A stretch of DNA of 64,000 nucleotides. Source: Macrostomum lignano. Its lineage: Eukaryota. The position numbers and the translations under genes are program-made. Below the pieces are notes generated by a model. That model saw nothing but the letters and a program-made list of their open reading frames with translations, was not told the DNA's origin and searched no databases. The stretch spans positions 62,001 through 126,000 of the forward strand of contig NIVC01001918.1 in NCBI GenBank assembly GCA_002269645.1, given 5' to 3'. Shown here piece after piece: positions 46,106 through 57,676 of this stretch (position 1 is its first letter; each line of letters begins with the position of its first letter).

Positions 46106-49100
46106 CTCAAGCACTTGTGAATAAGAGCATAATCCCATGACCGAGAGAGAGAGAGAGAGAGAGAATAGTATGGAGAATCAGGATTGTTAAACAGCCTCAA
46201 TCCTGATTCCACAATATCAGTGCTCAGCCTGATGGAGTTTAAATTGGAGCGAATGAGAATGAGCATCTCTTCCTGTAGAACAGCCAGGGCCAGTCGGGCA
46301 ACTCACCCATAACGTAGGTGACGATGATGAGCTCCACTGCGAGGGCCCGGCGCCTCTCTCCTTCATTTTCAACTCCATAGTGTCGAATAGGAGGTCCTCG
46401 ACTCGAATCGCGGCCAAAACCAGAAAACCTAATTTCAGGTGTTGTTGAGGGGAAATTGATTGCACTAGCCAATAATAAATAAATAAATAATAATAGTAAC
46501 AATAACTGATTACACCTGCCCCAATGGCCAGATGTGCAACCGACAGCTCAGCCGCAGCTATTGCGCGGCGCATCTGAAGGCTGCGTACGGCTGTTCAGTC
46601 CAAGGACTGGGGGGTCGCCACACACACTCAATTACCCCAGCTAATGCTGGCACCCACTTTACAGCTGGGTGACCTGAAGCAATGCAGAGTTAAGTGTCTT
46701 GCTCAAGGACACAAATTGTTCCGAGTGAGTCGAGAATCGAACCCCCGACCTTTCAGTCGTGAGTCCGACGCTCTGACCACTAGGTTGCAAGCCTAGTAAA
46801 GAAACAAGGAGTTGGTAAAATATTATACAGGCTAAAATTATTAAAAACCAAAAATATTGAGGCCAAACATTAGGGAAGGTCAAAGAGGGTCAGTAGCCCC
46901 CCCTCCGACTGAAAATGGTTAGTCACGTGACGCTAAAATATTGATTTGCTAATACAAATAAATCTAACAAGAAGACAAAAACACACACGGAGCCGGTCCT
47001 CACCGAGAAACAGCAGGTAGGAGGCGCTGTGACAGATGAACTTTATGAAGGGCTTCCGCATTTTCTGGCCCATTTCGGAGTGCGGGGCCAGCAGGTACAT
47101 GAACGCCAGAGCGGGGAAAATCCCGGCAAAGGTGGCAATCATGCCCATCTGCAGGATCAGGTGCTTGCGCCGGAAGCCGGGCAGACCGTCGTACCACAGC
47201 GCCGCCAGCAGCTGCTGGCAGTGGGGATGCGCCACGAACTGAGGGATCGGGTTTTATGGCGAAGTTATTGGCGACACTTAAGTTGGCGCCCACCTGACAC
47301 TTAAGTTGGCACCCACCTGACACTCAAATTGGCGCCCACCTGACACTCAAATTGGCACCCACATGACACTCAAGTTGGCACCCATCTGCCACTCAAGATG
47401 GCACCCACCTGACACTCAGGTTGGCACCCATCTGACACTCAAGATGGCACCCACCTGACACTCAGGTTGGCACCTACCTGACAATCAATTTGGCACCCAT
47501 CTGACAATCAATTTGGCACCCACCTGACACTCAAGTGGGCTCTCCCTGACACTCAAGTGGGCACTCCTTGACACTCAAGTTGGCACTCCCTGACAATCAC
47601 GCGCTATGCTGGCATCCCTAGCTGGAGTTGGCGCCCCTAGCAAGATTATTCACTCCAGCTTCCGCATCCCCATATCCTTGTCTCAGTCCAGACTACTTAT
47701 AAGCCCACTTATGAGCCAGCAGAGTGCTTCAATTCCATATACAGATCGGACTAGCGGAGGCGCTGTTTACGCTCCATCTCCATCTCCATCTTCCTGTTGA
47801 CAATTGGTCCAATTTGGTCAACGGGCCAGAAAAAAAGGATATCATTTTTATGCAGGTACGCTAAACAGCTCCACCGACAATCGCGGTTGTAAAGCCTCAG
47901 GTAAATGGGATTTATTGTACTATAAGAACAAATTATTGCCGCAGGCTGGGGTAAACCACAGATACTAGAATAACTAGATGGGCCACTCAGCACATTTGCG
48001 TGTAAGCTACTTTCAGTTCAGTAGTATAGGTTAAACAAAAGATTTTAATGTATTTTAATTTAAAGCGAAGGCTCATTGACTCATTGACCCCCGCCCCGTC
48101 CCAATTTTTATTGCCTTTCTCGGAATTCCAGCCTATAGCTGCCATGTACATTTCAGTGGACTGGCCAATGTACATTATCGCTAAACCAATTAGCAAGTTG
48201 TTTACGCCTAAAAGCTTGGGCTTCTAAACTTATCAGTCATTTCAGCTGCCTTACTTTCTTTAAAATAGCTTATGTATTCTTCTTTGCTACTGAACTGAAA
48301 GTAGAAAGCTGTTTTGCTACGCATATATGCCTGAGTGGCCCATCTAGTTATTTTAGTATCTGTGGGGTAAACTGGGTTTAGGCCTTTTAGGGGGCAATTG
48401 GGGGCAGTCAAGTCAGGCTTTTTGCCTCAAGGGCCAACTGCTGCAGCTAGTCAGGCTCCTGGCTTCTAGTAGGCGAAACAGAAGATGATAGGCTAAGACT
48501 TTTGGAGACAGCTGACTGCCCCCCCCCCCCGATATCTGCGGCTGGTAGCTGCGGGGTGGGGAGTACACACATCAGTCAGATCAGGCTGCCTTGTCTGGTG
48601 AAGGCATCTGTCACAGTTAACTCTCCTCTCCTCTCTCCTCTCCCTCCGTTCCTAATATTCGCATTTTCAAGAAGATAAAAGACCCAGACCAGCGCCCAAC
48701 CCCCCCCCCCCACAGCTCGACTTGAATATGATGAAGCCATATATTCAATAGCTCATATAATATATGAGATATGCATAATCTATATACACACACAGTGGTT
48801 TCAAGACCCGCTGTCACTCCGCTAGACAGATAATGAAAAAATTCGAGAATAAGGGAGAGAGAGAGAGAGAGAGAGGAGGAGAGCGACAGCGGCTGAGCTG
48901 TGTGTCAATACAGAAGCCCCAGACAGGCAGACAGTGTCCCCCAGCTACCGTTCAGGCTGGGCTCATCTTCGTGTATTGAGAGCGCGCAAACTCACGCAAA
49001 TTCCTTCCAGATCTGTAGCCGAATCAATCCAATCAAACTGTCAATCCAATCAAACTGTCAATCCAATCAAACTGTCAATCTAATCAAACTGTCAATTCAA

Positions 49101-52100
49101 TCAAACCTGTCAATCTAATCAAATCTGCCAATCCAATCAAACTGTTAATCTATTCAAGCTTGTCAATCCAATCAAACTGTCAATCTAATCAACCTGTCAA
49201 TCTATTCAAGCTTGTCCATCTAATCAATCCTGTCAATCTAATCAAATCTTCCAATCCAATCAAACCTGTCAATCCAATCAAACTGTAAATCTAATCAAAC
49301 CTGTCAATCTAATCAAACCTGTCAATCCAATCAAACCTGTCAATCCAATCAAACTGTCAATCTAATCAAACCTGTCAATCCGATCAAACTGTCAATCCAA
49401 TCAAACTGTCAATCTAATCAAATCTTCCAATCCAATCAAACCTGTCAATCCAATCAAACCTGTCAATCCAATCAAACCTGTCAATCCAATCAAACTGTCA
49501 ATCCAATAAAACTGTCAATCCAATAAAACTGTCAATCCAATCAAACTGTCAATCCAATCAAACTATCAATCTAATCAAACTGTCAATCTAATCAAACCTG
49601 TCAATCCAATCAAACTGTCAATCCAATAAAACTCAATCTAATCAAACTTTCAATCCGATAAAACTGTCAATCTAATCAAATCTTCCAATCCAACCAAACT
49701 GTCAATCTATTCAAGCTTGTCAATCCAATCAAACTGTCAATCTATTCAAACTTGTCAATCTAATCAAACTATCAATCTATTCAAAATTTTCAATCCAATC
49801 AAACTGCCAATCTATCAACAATGTCACAAGAGACTAAGAGTTGAACTGCAAGAAAACTAACAAGCTTTTATCTCAATTTTATCGCAAAAATTAGAATACT
49901 TAATCCGCAGCATCTGAAAAGTGCAGCGACAAGGGAAATCGAACCCCAGACCTTCAGAGGCGCTCTATCAATTTGAATCCGCTCTCCGACTCTGAACGAG
50001 ACGGGCAGCAAAGAAGAGAGGAAAAGTAGCATATAATTAGGAGGCGGAATCGCTCATAATTATTTAAATTGGCGCCGGGATGCAAATTGGAGGGGATTTT
50101 TTTCCGGAGCTGGAGGGGAAGAAAGCGAGGACGGAAGCGAATTCCTTGGGACAGCCGCGCAGTTCTGATTGCAACGCTGCTCCATCAGTCCAAATCCTAC
50201 AGCCTCCGACTCGACTTCCCTTTTTCGGCCAGTGCAAAGGGTTGTGCAGAAAATTGCCGAGGAGCAAAGAGTAGCCACTGACTGAGGCTGCAGGCTGGCA
50301 TAATAAATCGCTTCATCTTGGACTTTGGGATGCTGGAGACTGTAATACATCAAACAGTACAGTTTCCTAAGGCAGCCTACGACTGCTCAATCATATTCTT
50401 CAGGTCAGAGGTCAAAAGAGTACAAGCTCGCGATAAAAGTGCCAATACAGTTTATCTGTACAATTCTGGGAAAGAATATAAATATGTAAATATTTTATTA
50501 AAAACATAGACCGAATGTATGAGCATTCTTGAGCCCTAACCCTAATCCTCAGTACCCTCCAAACCCTCTGCCCTACACATTCTACATGCACTCCACAGCC
50601 TCCGTACACTCCTGACCTTGAATGCTCTCTTCACCCCTATACCCTCCGCACCCTCTGCACCCTCCGCACCCTCCGCTTCCATGGCTCATCATCGCGGATC
50701 CTCACCTTCTTCTGCTTGTATTTAATCGCCAGCTTCAATCTGGACAGAGTCATCCGTTCTTCATCAGTCTCTTCCAGCGCCTTCTCGTTCACCTTGTGGC
50801 CGCTCTGGCCGATGTCCTGGTTGAGCACGATAGCCAGCTCAGCGGAGCTGCGGGTCTGCTCCAGCAGGGCGGAGGCGTACTCCTGGCACTTGGCGGCCAA
50901 CTGCTCGTACTCGCTCTTGAACTCGTTCTCCAGCCTCCCTAGTCGCTTCATCTCCCAGCTGAGCTCGAAGGCGGTCAGAATTGGATCCTTGCTAGACAGG
51001 CAGATCAAGGAGGGACTCGCCAGGGCTTTGTAGGCGTTGATTCGCGACTTGGAGTGCCGCAGGCTGTCCTCCTTCTGCGCCAGCACGCACTCATCGCAGG
51101 CGCAGCGCAGCTCGTGCGGCTTGGGCACGCGGTCGCCGCGGTCCAGCAGGATCTTCAGGATCTCGTAGTTGTCGATATGAGCGGCCAGGATGATGGGCGT
51201 GATGTCCGGGGTGAAGCTGCTGGACGGCACCGCGCCCATGGGGCCCTGCAGGTTGAAGTGCAAACCAATGCCGAATTTGATGTGCAAAGTCGAAAAATTG
51301 AATTTTTATTCTGCGGCCTTTAATACCAATCTACCTTGCCTAACTACCTGCCTGTCTACCTGCCTGTCTACCTGCCTACCAGCCTATCTGCCTGTCTACC
51401 TTCCTGCCTACCTGCCTGTCTACCTGCCTACCAGCCTATCTGCCTGTCTACCTGTCTACCAGCCTATCTGCCTGTCTACCTGCCTGTCTACCCGCCTACC
51501 AGCCTATCTGCCTGTCTACCTGCCTGTCTACCTGCCTGTCTATCTGCCTGTCTACCCGTCTACCAGCCTATCTGCCTGTCTATCTGCCTGTCTACCTGCC
51601 TGTCTATCTGCCTGTCTACCCGTCTACCAGCCTATCTGCCTGTCTATCTGCCTGTCTACCCGCCTACCAGCCTATCTGCCTGTCTACCTGCCTGTCTACC
51701 CGCCTACCAGTCTATCTGCCTGTCTACCCGCCTGTCTACCCGCCTACCAGCCTATCTGCCTGTCTACCTGCCTGTCTACCTGCCTGTCTACCTGCCTGTC
51801 TACCTGCCTGTCTACCTGCCTGTCTACCTGCCTGTCTACCTGCCTGTCTATCTGCCTGTCTACCCGCCTACCAGCCTATCTGCCTGTCTACCTGCCTGTC
51901 TACCCGCCTACCAGTCTACCTGCCTGTCTACCTGCCTGTCTACCCGCCTACCAGTCTACCTGCCTGTCTACCTGCCTGTCTACCCGCCTACCAGCCTATC
52001 TGCCTGTCTACCTGTCTGTCTACCCGCCTACCAGCCTATCTGCCTGTCTACCTGCCTGTCTACCCGCCTATCAGCCTACCTGCCTGTCTACCTGCCTGTC

Positions 52101-55100
52101 TACCTGCCTGTCTACCTGCCTGTCTACCTGCCTGTCTACCTGCCTGTCTACCTGCCTGTCTACCTGCCTGTCTACCTGCTTGTCTACCTGCCTGTCTACC
52201 CGCCTACCAGCCTATCTGCCTGTCTACCTGCCTGTCTACCCGCCTACCAGCCTATCTGCCTGTCTATCTGCCTGTCTACCCGTCTACCAGCCTATCTGCC
52301 TGTCTATCTGCCTGTCTACCCGCCTACCAGCCTATCTGCCTGTCTACCCGCCTACCAGCCTATCTGCCTGTCTACCTGCCTGTCTACCCGCCTACCAGCC
52401 TACCTGCCTGTCTACCTGCCTGTCTACCTGCCTGTCTACCTGCCTGTCTACCTGCCTGTCTACGTGCCTGTCTACCTGCCTGTCTATCTGCCTGTCTACC
52501 CGCCTACCAGCCTATCTGCCTGTCTACCTGCCTGTCTACCCGCCTACCAGTCTACCTGCCTGTCTACCTGCCTGTCTACCCGCCTACCAGTCTACCTGCC
52601 TGTCTACCTGCCTGTCTACCCGCCTACCAGCCTATCTGCCTGTCTACCTGTCTGTCTACCCGCCTACCAGCCTATCTGCCTGTCTACTTGCCTGTCTACC
52701 CGCCTATCAGCCTATCTGCCTGTCTACCTGCCTGTCTACCCGTCTACCAGCCTATCTGCCTGTCTATCTGCCTGTCTACCCGTCTACCAGCCTATCTGCC
52801 TGTCTACCTGCCTGTCTACCTGCCTGTCTACCTGCCTGTCTACCTGTCTACCTTCCTACCTGGCTGTCTACCTGCTTGTCAACCTACCTCATCTACCAAC
52901 CCAGCTGTTTATATATCTACCTACCTTCCTTCCCTTCATTCCTTAATTCCTTCATTCCCTAATCTGCCTCCAACAATCACCACAAGCAGGGTTTTGTAAA
53001 GCAGTGTGCTAAAAACTAACATGCAAAAAATTGCAATCCAAAACCCTTTCAATTCAAACCATTGATAGCGGCGCATTTTTGCACGCGGCAAAATCGCGGT
53101 TGCTGCAATGCATGCAGGCTGGTTACGAAATACAAAAAAAGTTTGGTGGCGGCGGCAAGGGGGATTCCAACGCTGGGGCTGTCCTCATTTCCGTTTAGCA
53201 CAGCGGGAGGGGAGAGAGGGGAGAGACGAGCCTGAAGGACCGCCCGATTCCCCCAGCACTCGATATAATGAGGAACAAATTGGCTGTCGGTCAGCAAATA
53301 AAATTGGCTGCCAAAATCGCGAGCAGCAGAAGCAGAGCTGGCAGGTCCGGCGGCTTCGCGTGACCGGGCGGTTGCGGCTCGACGCCAAAAATGGAAAGAA
53401 GAGAGAGAGGGAAGGAGGGAGGGAGACTGGATTGAAAAGATAATCTGGATAGAAAGATTTTTATGTGTTCAAGAGGGTAAAGTGCGGGAGAGACCGACTC
53501 GATGACAGGTTTTTAGAAACTGGGAATTAGTGATAGGAAATTATAGACAGGGACTCGGGAATAGGGACTTATAGACAGGGACTCGGGAACAGGGACTTAT
53601 AGACAGGGACTCGGGAACAGGGACTTATAGACAGGGACTCGGGAACAGGAACTTATAGACACGGACTCGGGTACAGGGACTTATAGACAGGGACTCGGGA
53701 ACAGGGACTTATAGACAGGGACTCGGGAACAGGGACTTATAGACAGGGACTCGGGAACAGGGACTAATAGACAGGGACTCGGGAACAGGGACTAATAGAC
53801 AGGGACTCGGGAACAGGGACTCATAGACAGGGACTCGGGTACAGGGACTTATAGACAGGGACTCGGGAACAGGGACTTATAGACAGGGACTCGGGAACAG
53901 GGACTAATAGACAGGGACTCGGGAACAGGGACTAATAGACAGGGACTCGGGAACAGGGACTAATAGACAGGGACTCGGGAACAGGGACTCATAGACAGGG
54001 ACTCGGGAACAGGGACTAATAGACAGGGACTCGGGAACAGGGACTAATAGACAGGGACTCGGGAACAGGGACTAATAGACAGGGACTCGGGAACAGGGAC
54101 TTATAAATAGGGACTCAAAAACAAGTGCTTAGCAGAGACAAAAAACAGTTGAACTTAAAAAAAGCCGCAAGCACCGCTGTTGCCAGGGCCCCATTCTCCA
54201 GAACAAAAGCAACAAATATAATTTGAGCAATGCTCTCGGCAACCGCGTGCCAGAGTCAGGGTGCAAGCCAACTGCACACAGACCGTCTCTTCCATTCTCT
54301 GCTGCAGAAACAGCATTGAGGGAGTGGCAATGCCGCACGTGGGTAGCAATTGACCCTGATAAATGGAATTGCGAGTTCGGCATCATTAGCCTTGTTATTA
54401 GCGTCACTCTGTAGCATCATTATTCTTGCTATTAGCCTCAGTCTGTAGCATCATTAGCCTTGCTATTAGCCTCACTCTGTAGCATCATTAGCCTTGCTAT
54501 TAGCCTCACTCTGTAGCATCATTAGCCTTGCTATTAGCGTCACTCTGTAGCATCATTAGCGTTGCTATTAGCCTCAGTCTGTAGCATCATTAGCGTTGCT
54601 ATTAGCCTCAGTCTGTAGCATCATTAGCGTTGCTATTAGCGTCACTCTGTAGCATTATTAGCGTTGCTATTAGCCTCAGTCTGTAGCATCATTAGCCTTG
54701 CTATTAGCCTCAGTCTGTAGCATCATTAGCCTTGCTATTAGCCTCAGTCTGTAGCATCATTAGCCTTGCTATTAGCCTTAGTCTGTAGCATCATTAGCCT
54801 TGCTATTAGCCTCAGTCTGTAGCATCATTAGCCTTGCTATTAGCCTCAGTCTGTAGCATCATTAGCCTTGCTATTAGCCTCACTCTGTAGCATCATTAGC
54901 GTTGCTATTAGCCTCACTCTGTAGCATCATTAGCGTTGCTATTAGCCTCACTCTGTAGCATCATTAGCCTTGCTATTAGCCTCACTCTGTAGCATCATTA
55001 GCCTTGCTATTAGCCTCACTCTGTAGCATCATTAGCGTTGCTATTAGCCTCACTCTGTAGCATCATTAGCGTTGCTATTAGCCTCACTCTGTAGCATCAT

Positions 55101-57291
55101 TAGCCTTGCTATTAGCGTCACTCTGTAGCATCATTAGCGTTGCTATTAGCCTCAGTCTGTAGCATCATTAGCGTTGCTATTAGCCTCAGTCTGTAGCATC
55201 ATTAGCCTTGCTATTAGCCTCACTCTGTAGCATCATTAGCCTTGCTATTAGCGTCACTCTGTAGCATTATTAGCGTTGCTATTAGCCTCAGTCTGTAGCA
55301 TCATTAGCCTTGCTATTAGCCTCACTCTGTAGCATCATTAGCCTTGCTATTAGCCTCAGTCTGTAGCATCATTAGCCTTGCTATTAGCCTCAGTCTGTAG
55401 CATCATTAGCCTTGCTATTAGCCTCAGTCTGTAGCATCATTAGCCTTGCTATTAGCCTCAGTCTGTAGCATCATTAGCCTTGCTATTAGCCTCACTCTGT
55501 AGCATCATTAGCCTTGCTATTAGCCTCAGTCTGTAGCATCATTAACGTTGCTATTAGCCTCACTCTGTAGCATCATTAGCGTTGCTATTAGCCTCACTCT
55601 GTAGCATAATTAGCGTTGCTATTAGCCTCACTCTGTAGCATAATTAGCCTTGTTATTAGCCTCACTCTGTAGCATCATTAGCCTTGCTATTAGCGTCACT
55701 CTGTAGCATCATTAGCCTTGCATCATTAGCCTTGCTATTAGCCTTAGTCTGTAGCATCATTAGCCTTGCTATTAGCCTCACTCTGTAGCATCATTAGCCT
55801 TGCTATTAGCCTCACTCTGTAGCATCATTAGCCTTGCTATTAGCCTCACTCTGTAGCATCATTAGATTTGCTATTAGCCTCACTCTGTAGCATCATTAAC
55901 GTTGCTATTAGCCTCACTCTGTAGCATCATTAGCGTTGCTATTAGCCTCACTCTGTAGCATAATTAGCGTTGCTATTAGCCTCAGTCTGTAGCATCATTA
56001 GCGTTGCTATTAGCCTCACTCTGTAGCATCATTAGCCTTGCTATTAGCGTCACTCTGTAGCATCATTAGCCTTTCTATTAGCGTCATTCCATAGCTTTCC
56101 TCAGTAGCCCTCGCATCCTCAGCATTAGCATCATATCCTAGGGGTTAAAGTTGGCGGACAAGCAGGCAGAGAAACTGACTGATGATGGGAAAACAGCCCT
56201 CCCCAAGCTATGCATTGGATCGATGCAGACAATTTTCATATGGACCTGTGATTAATTCGCAAGGCTGGAAATACTTCAGACTCTGGGCAGAGGGACAAAT
56301 GTCGCTTCTGCCTAAGTAATTAAAACTGGACGCGTATGCACTTTTCAGCGGATTAAAAAGGTAGAGGAAGACAAGATAGAGTACACAATGAACTTTAGAA
56401 CTCCACTATATTGCCACTGAGAGACCAGGTGTTCAATGTAAAATTCTGTGAAGGGAAATGGCCACCCAATTTAAGATCAGTTTTGTACGCATAAAATTGA
56501 TTTGCCATGGGAGTTTTAGCCGGCTGCTGCTTCTAGAGAGAGACGAAAACAGTCGGACAGAGAGAGATGAAGGAAACTGCTCAAGCGTGCTCAAGAGTGC
56601 CAGCTGCAGAGCTGTAGGACTTCGGAAGCTGGAATTTTACTGGGGGAGTTCGGTTCTGCCACTGCTCTCCTGCCATCCCTGTGGGAGGGTCGGCAACTGT
56701 TGCATCGCTTCGGTTCCTCGTCAATTCGCGCATTTGTTCCCACAGATCGAAGGCAGCGGAGGCCCACTGGAATTTGCCATAGCCGCCTCTACTCGACAGG
56801 ACAACTGACTGACTGACTGACTGACTGACTGACTGACTGACTGACTGACTGACTGACTGACTGACTGACTGACTGACTGACTAACTGACTGACTGACTGA
56901 CTGACTGACTGACTGACTGACTGACTGACTGACTGACTGACTGACTGACTGACTGACTGACTGACTGACTGACTGACTGACTGACTGACTGACTGACTGA
57001 CTGACTGACTGACTGACTGACTGACTGACTGACTGACTGACTGACTGACTGACTGACTGACTGACTGACTGACTGAATGACTGACTGACTGACTGACTGA
57101 CTGACTGACTGACTGACTGACTGACTGACTGACTGACTGACTGACTGACTGACTGACTGACTGACTGACTGACTGACTGACTGACTGAATGACTGACTGA
57201 CTGACTGACTGACTGACTGACTGACTGACTGACTGACTGACTGACTGACTGACTGACTGACTGACTGACTGACTGACTGACTGACTGACTG

Positions 57292-57370
<79 letters not shown>

Positions 57371-57375
57371 GACTG

Positions 57376-57418
<43 letters not shown>

Positions 57419-57443
57419 GACTAACTAACTAACTAACTAACTG

Positions 57444-57498
<55 letters not shown>

Positions 57499-57527
57499 GA
57501 CTAACTAACTAACTAACTAACTAACTG

Positions 57528-57584
<57 letters not shown>

Positions 57585-57585
57585 T

Positions 57586-57676
<91 letters not shown>

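Noticed and set aside
46730-46794. tRNA gene
   Set aside because: The acceptor stem does not close, and it continues into a SINE body and tail.
49930-49970. Second B-box-like fragment (GAAATCGAACCCC) on the - strand
   Set aside because: Only about 30 bp of similarity, with no A-box or body; neither a tRNA nor a callable SINE.
51190-52962. 590-aa and 536-aa ORFs, and similar repeat ORFs at 2611-3621, 18784-19529, 19658-20612, 28077-28788, 42838-43912 and 61238-63345
   Set aside because: All are minisatellite translations; only the parts overlapping true exons are coding.
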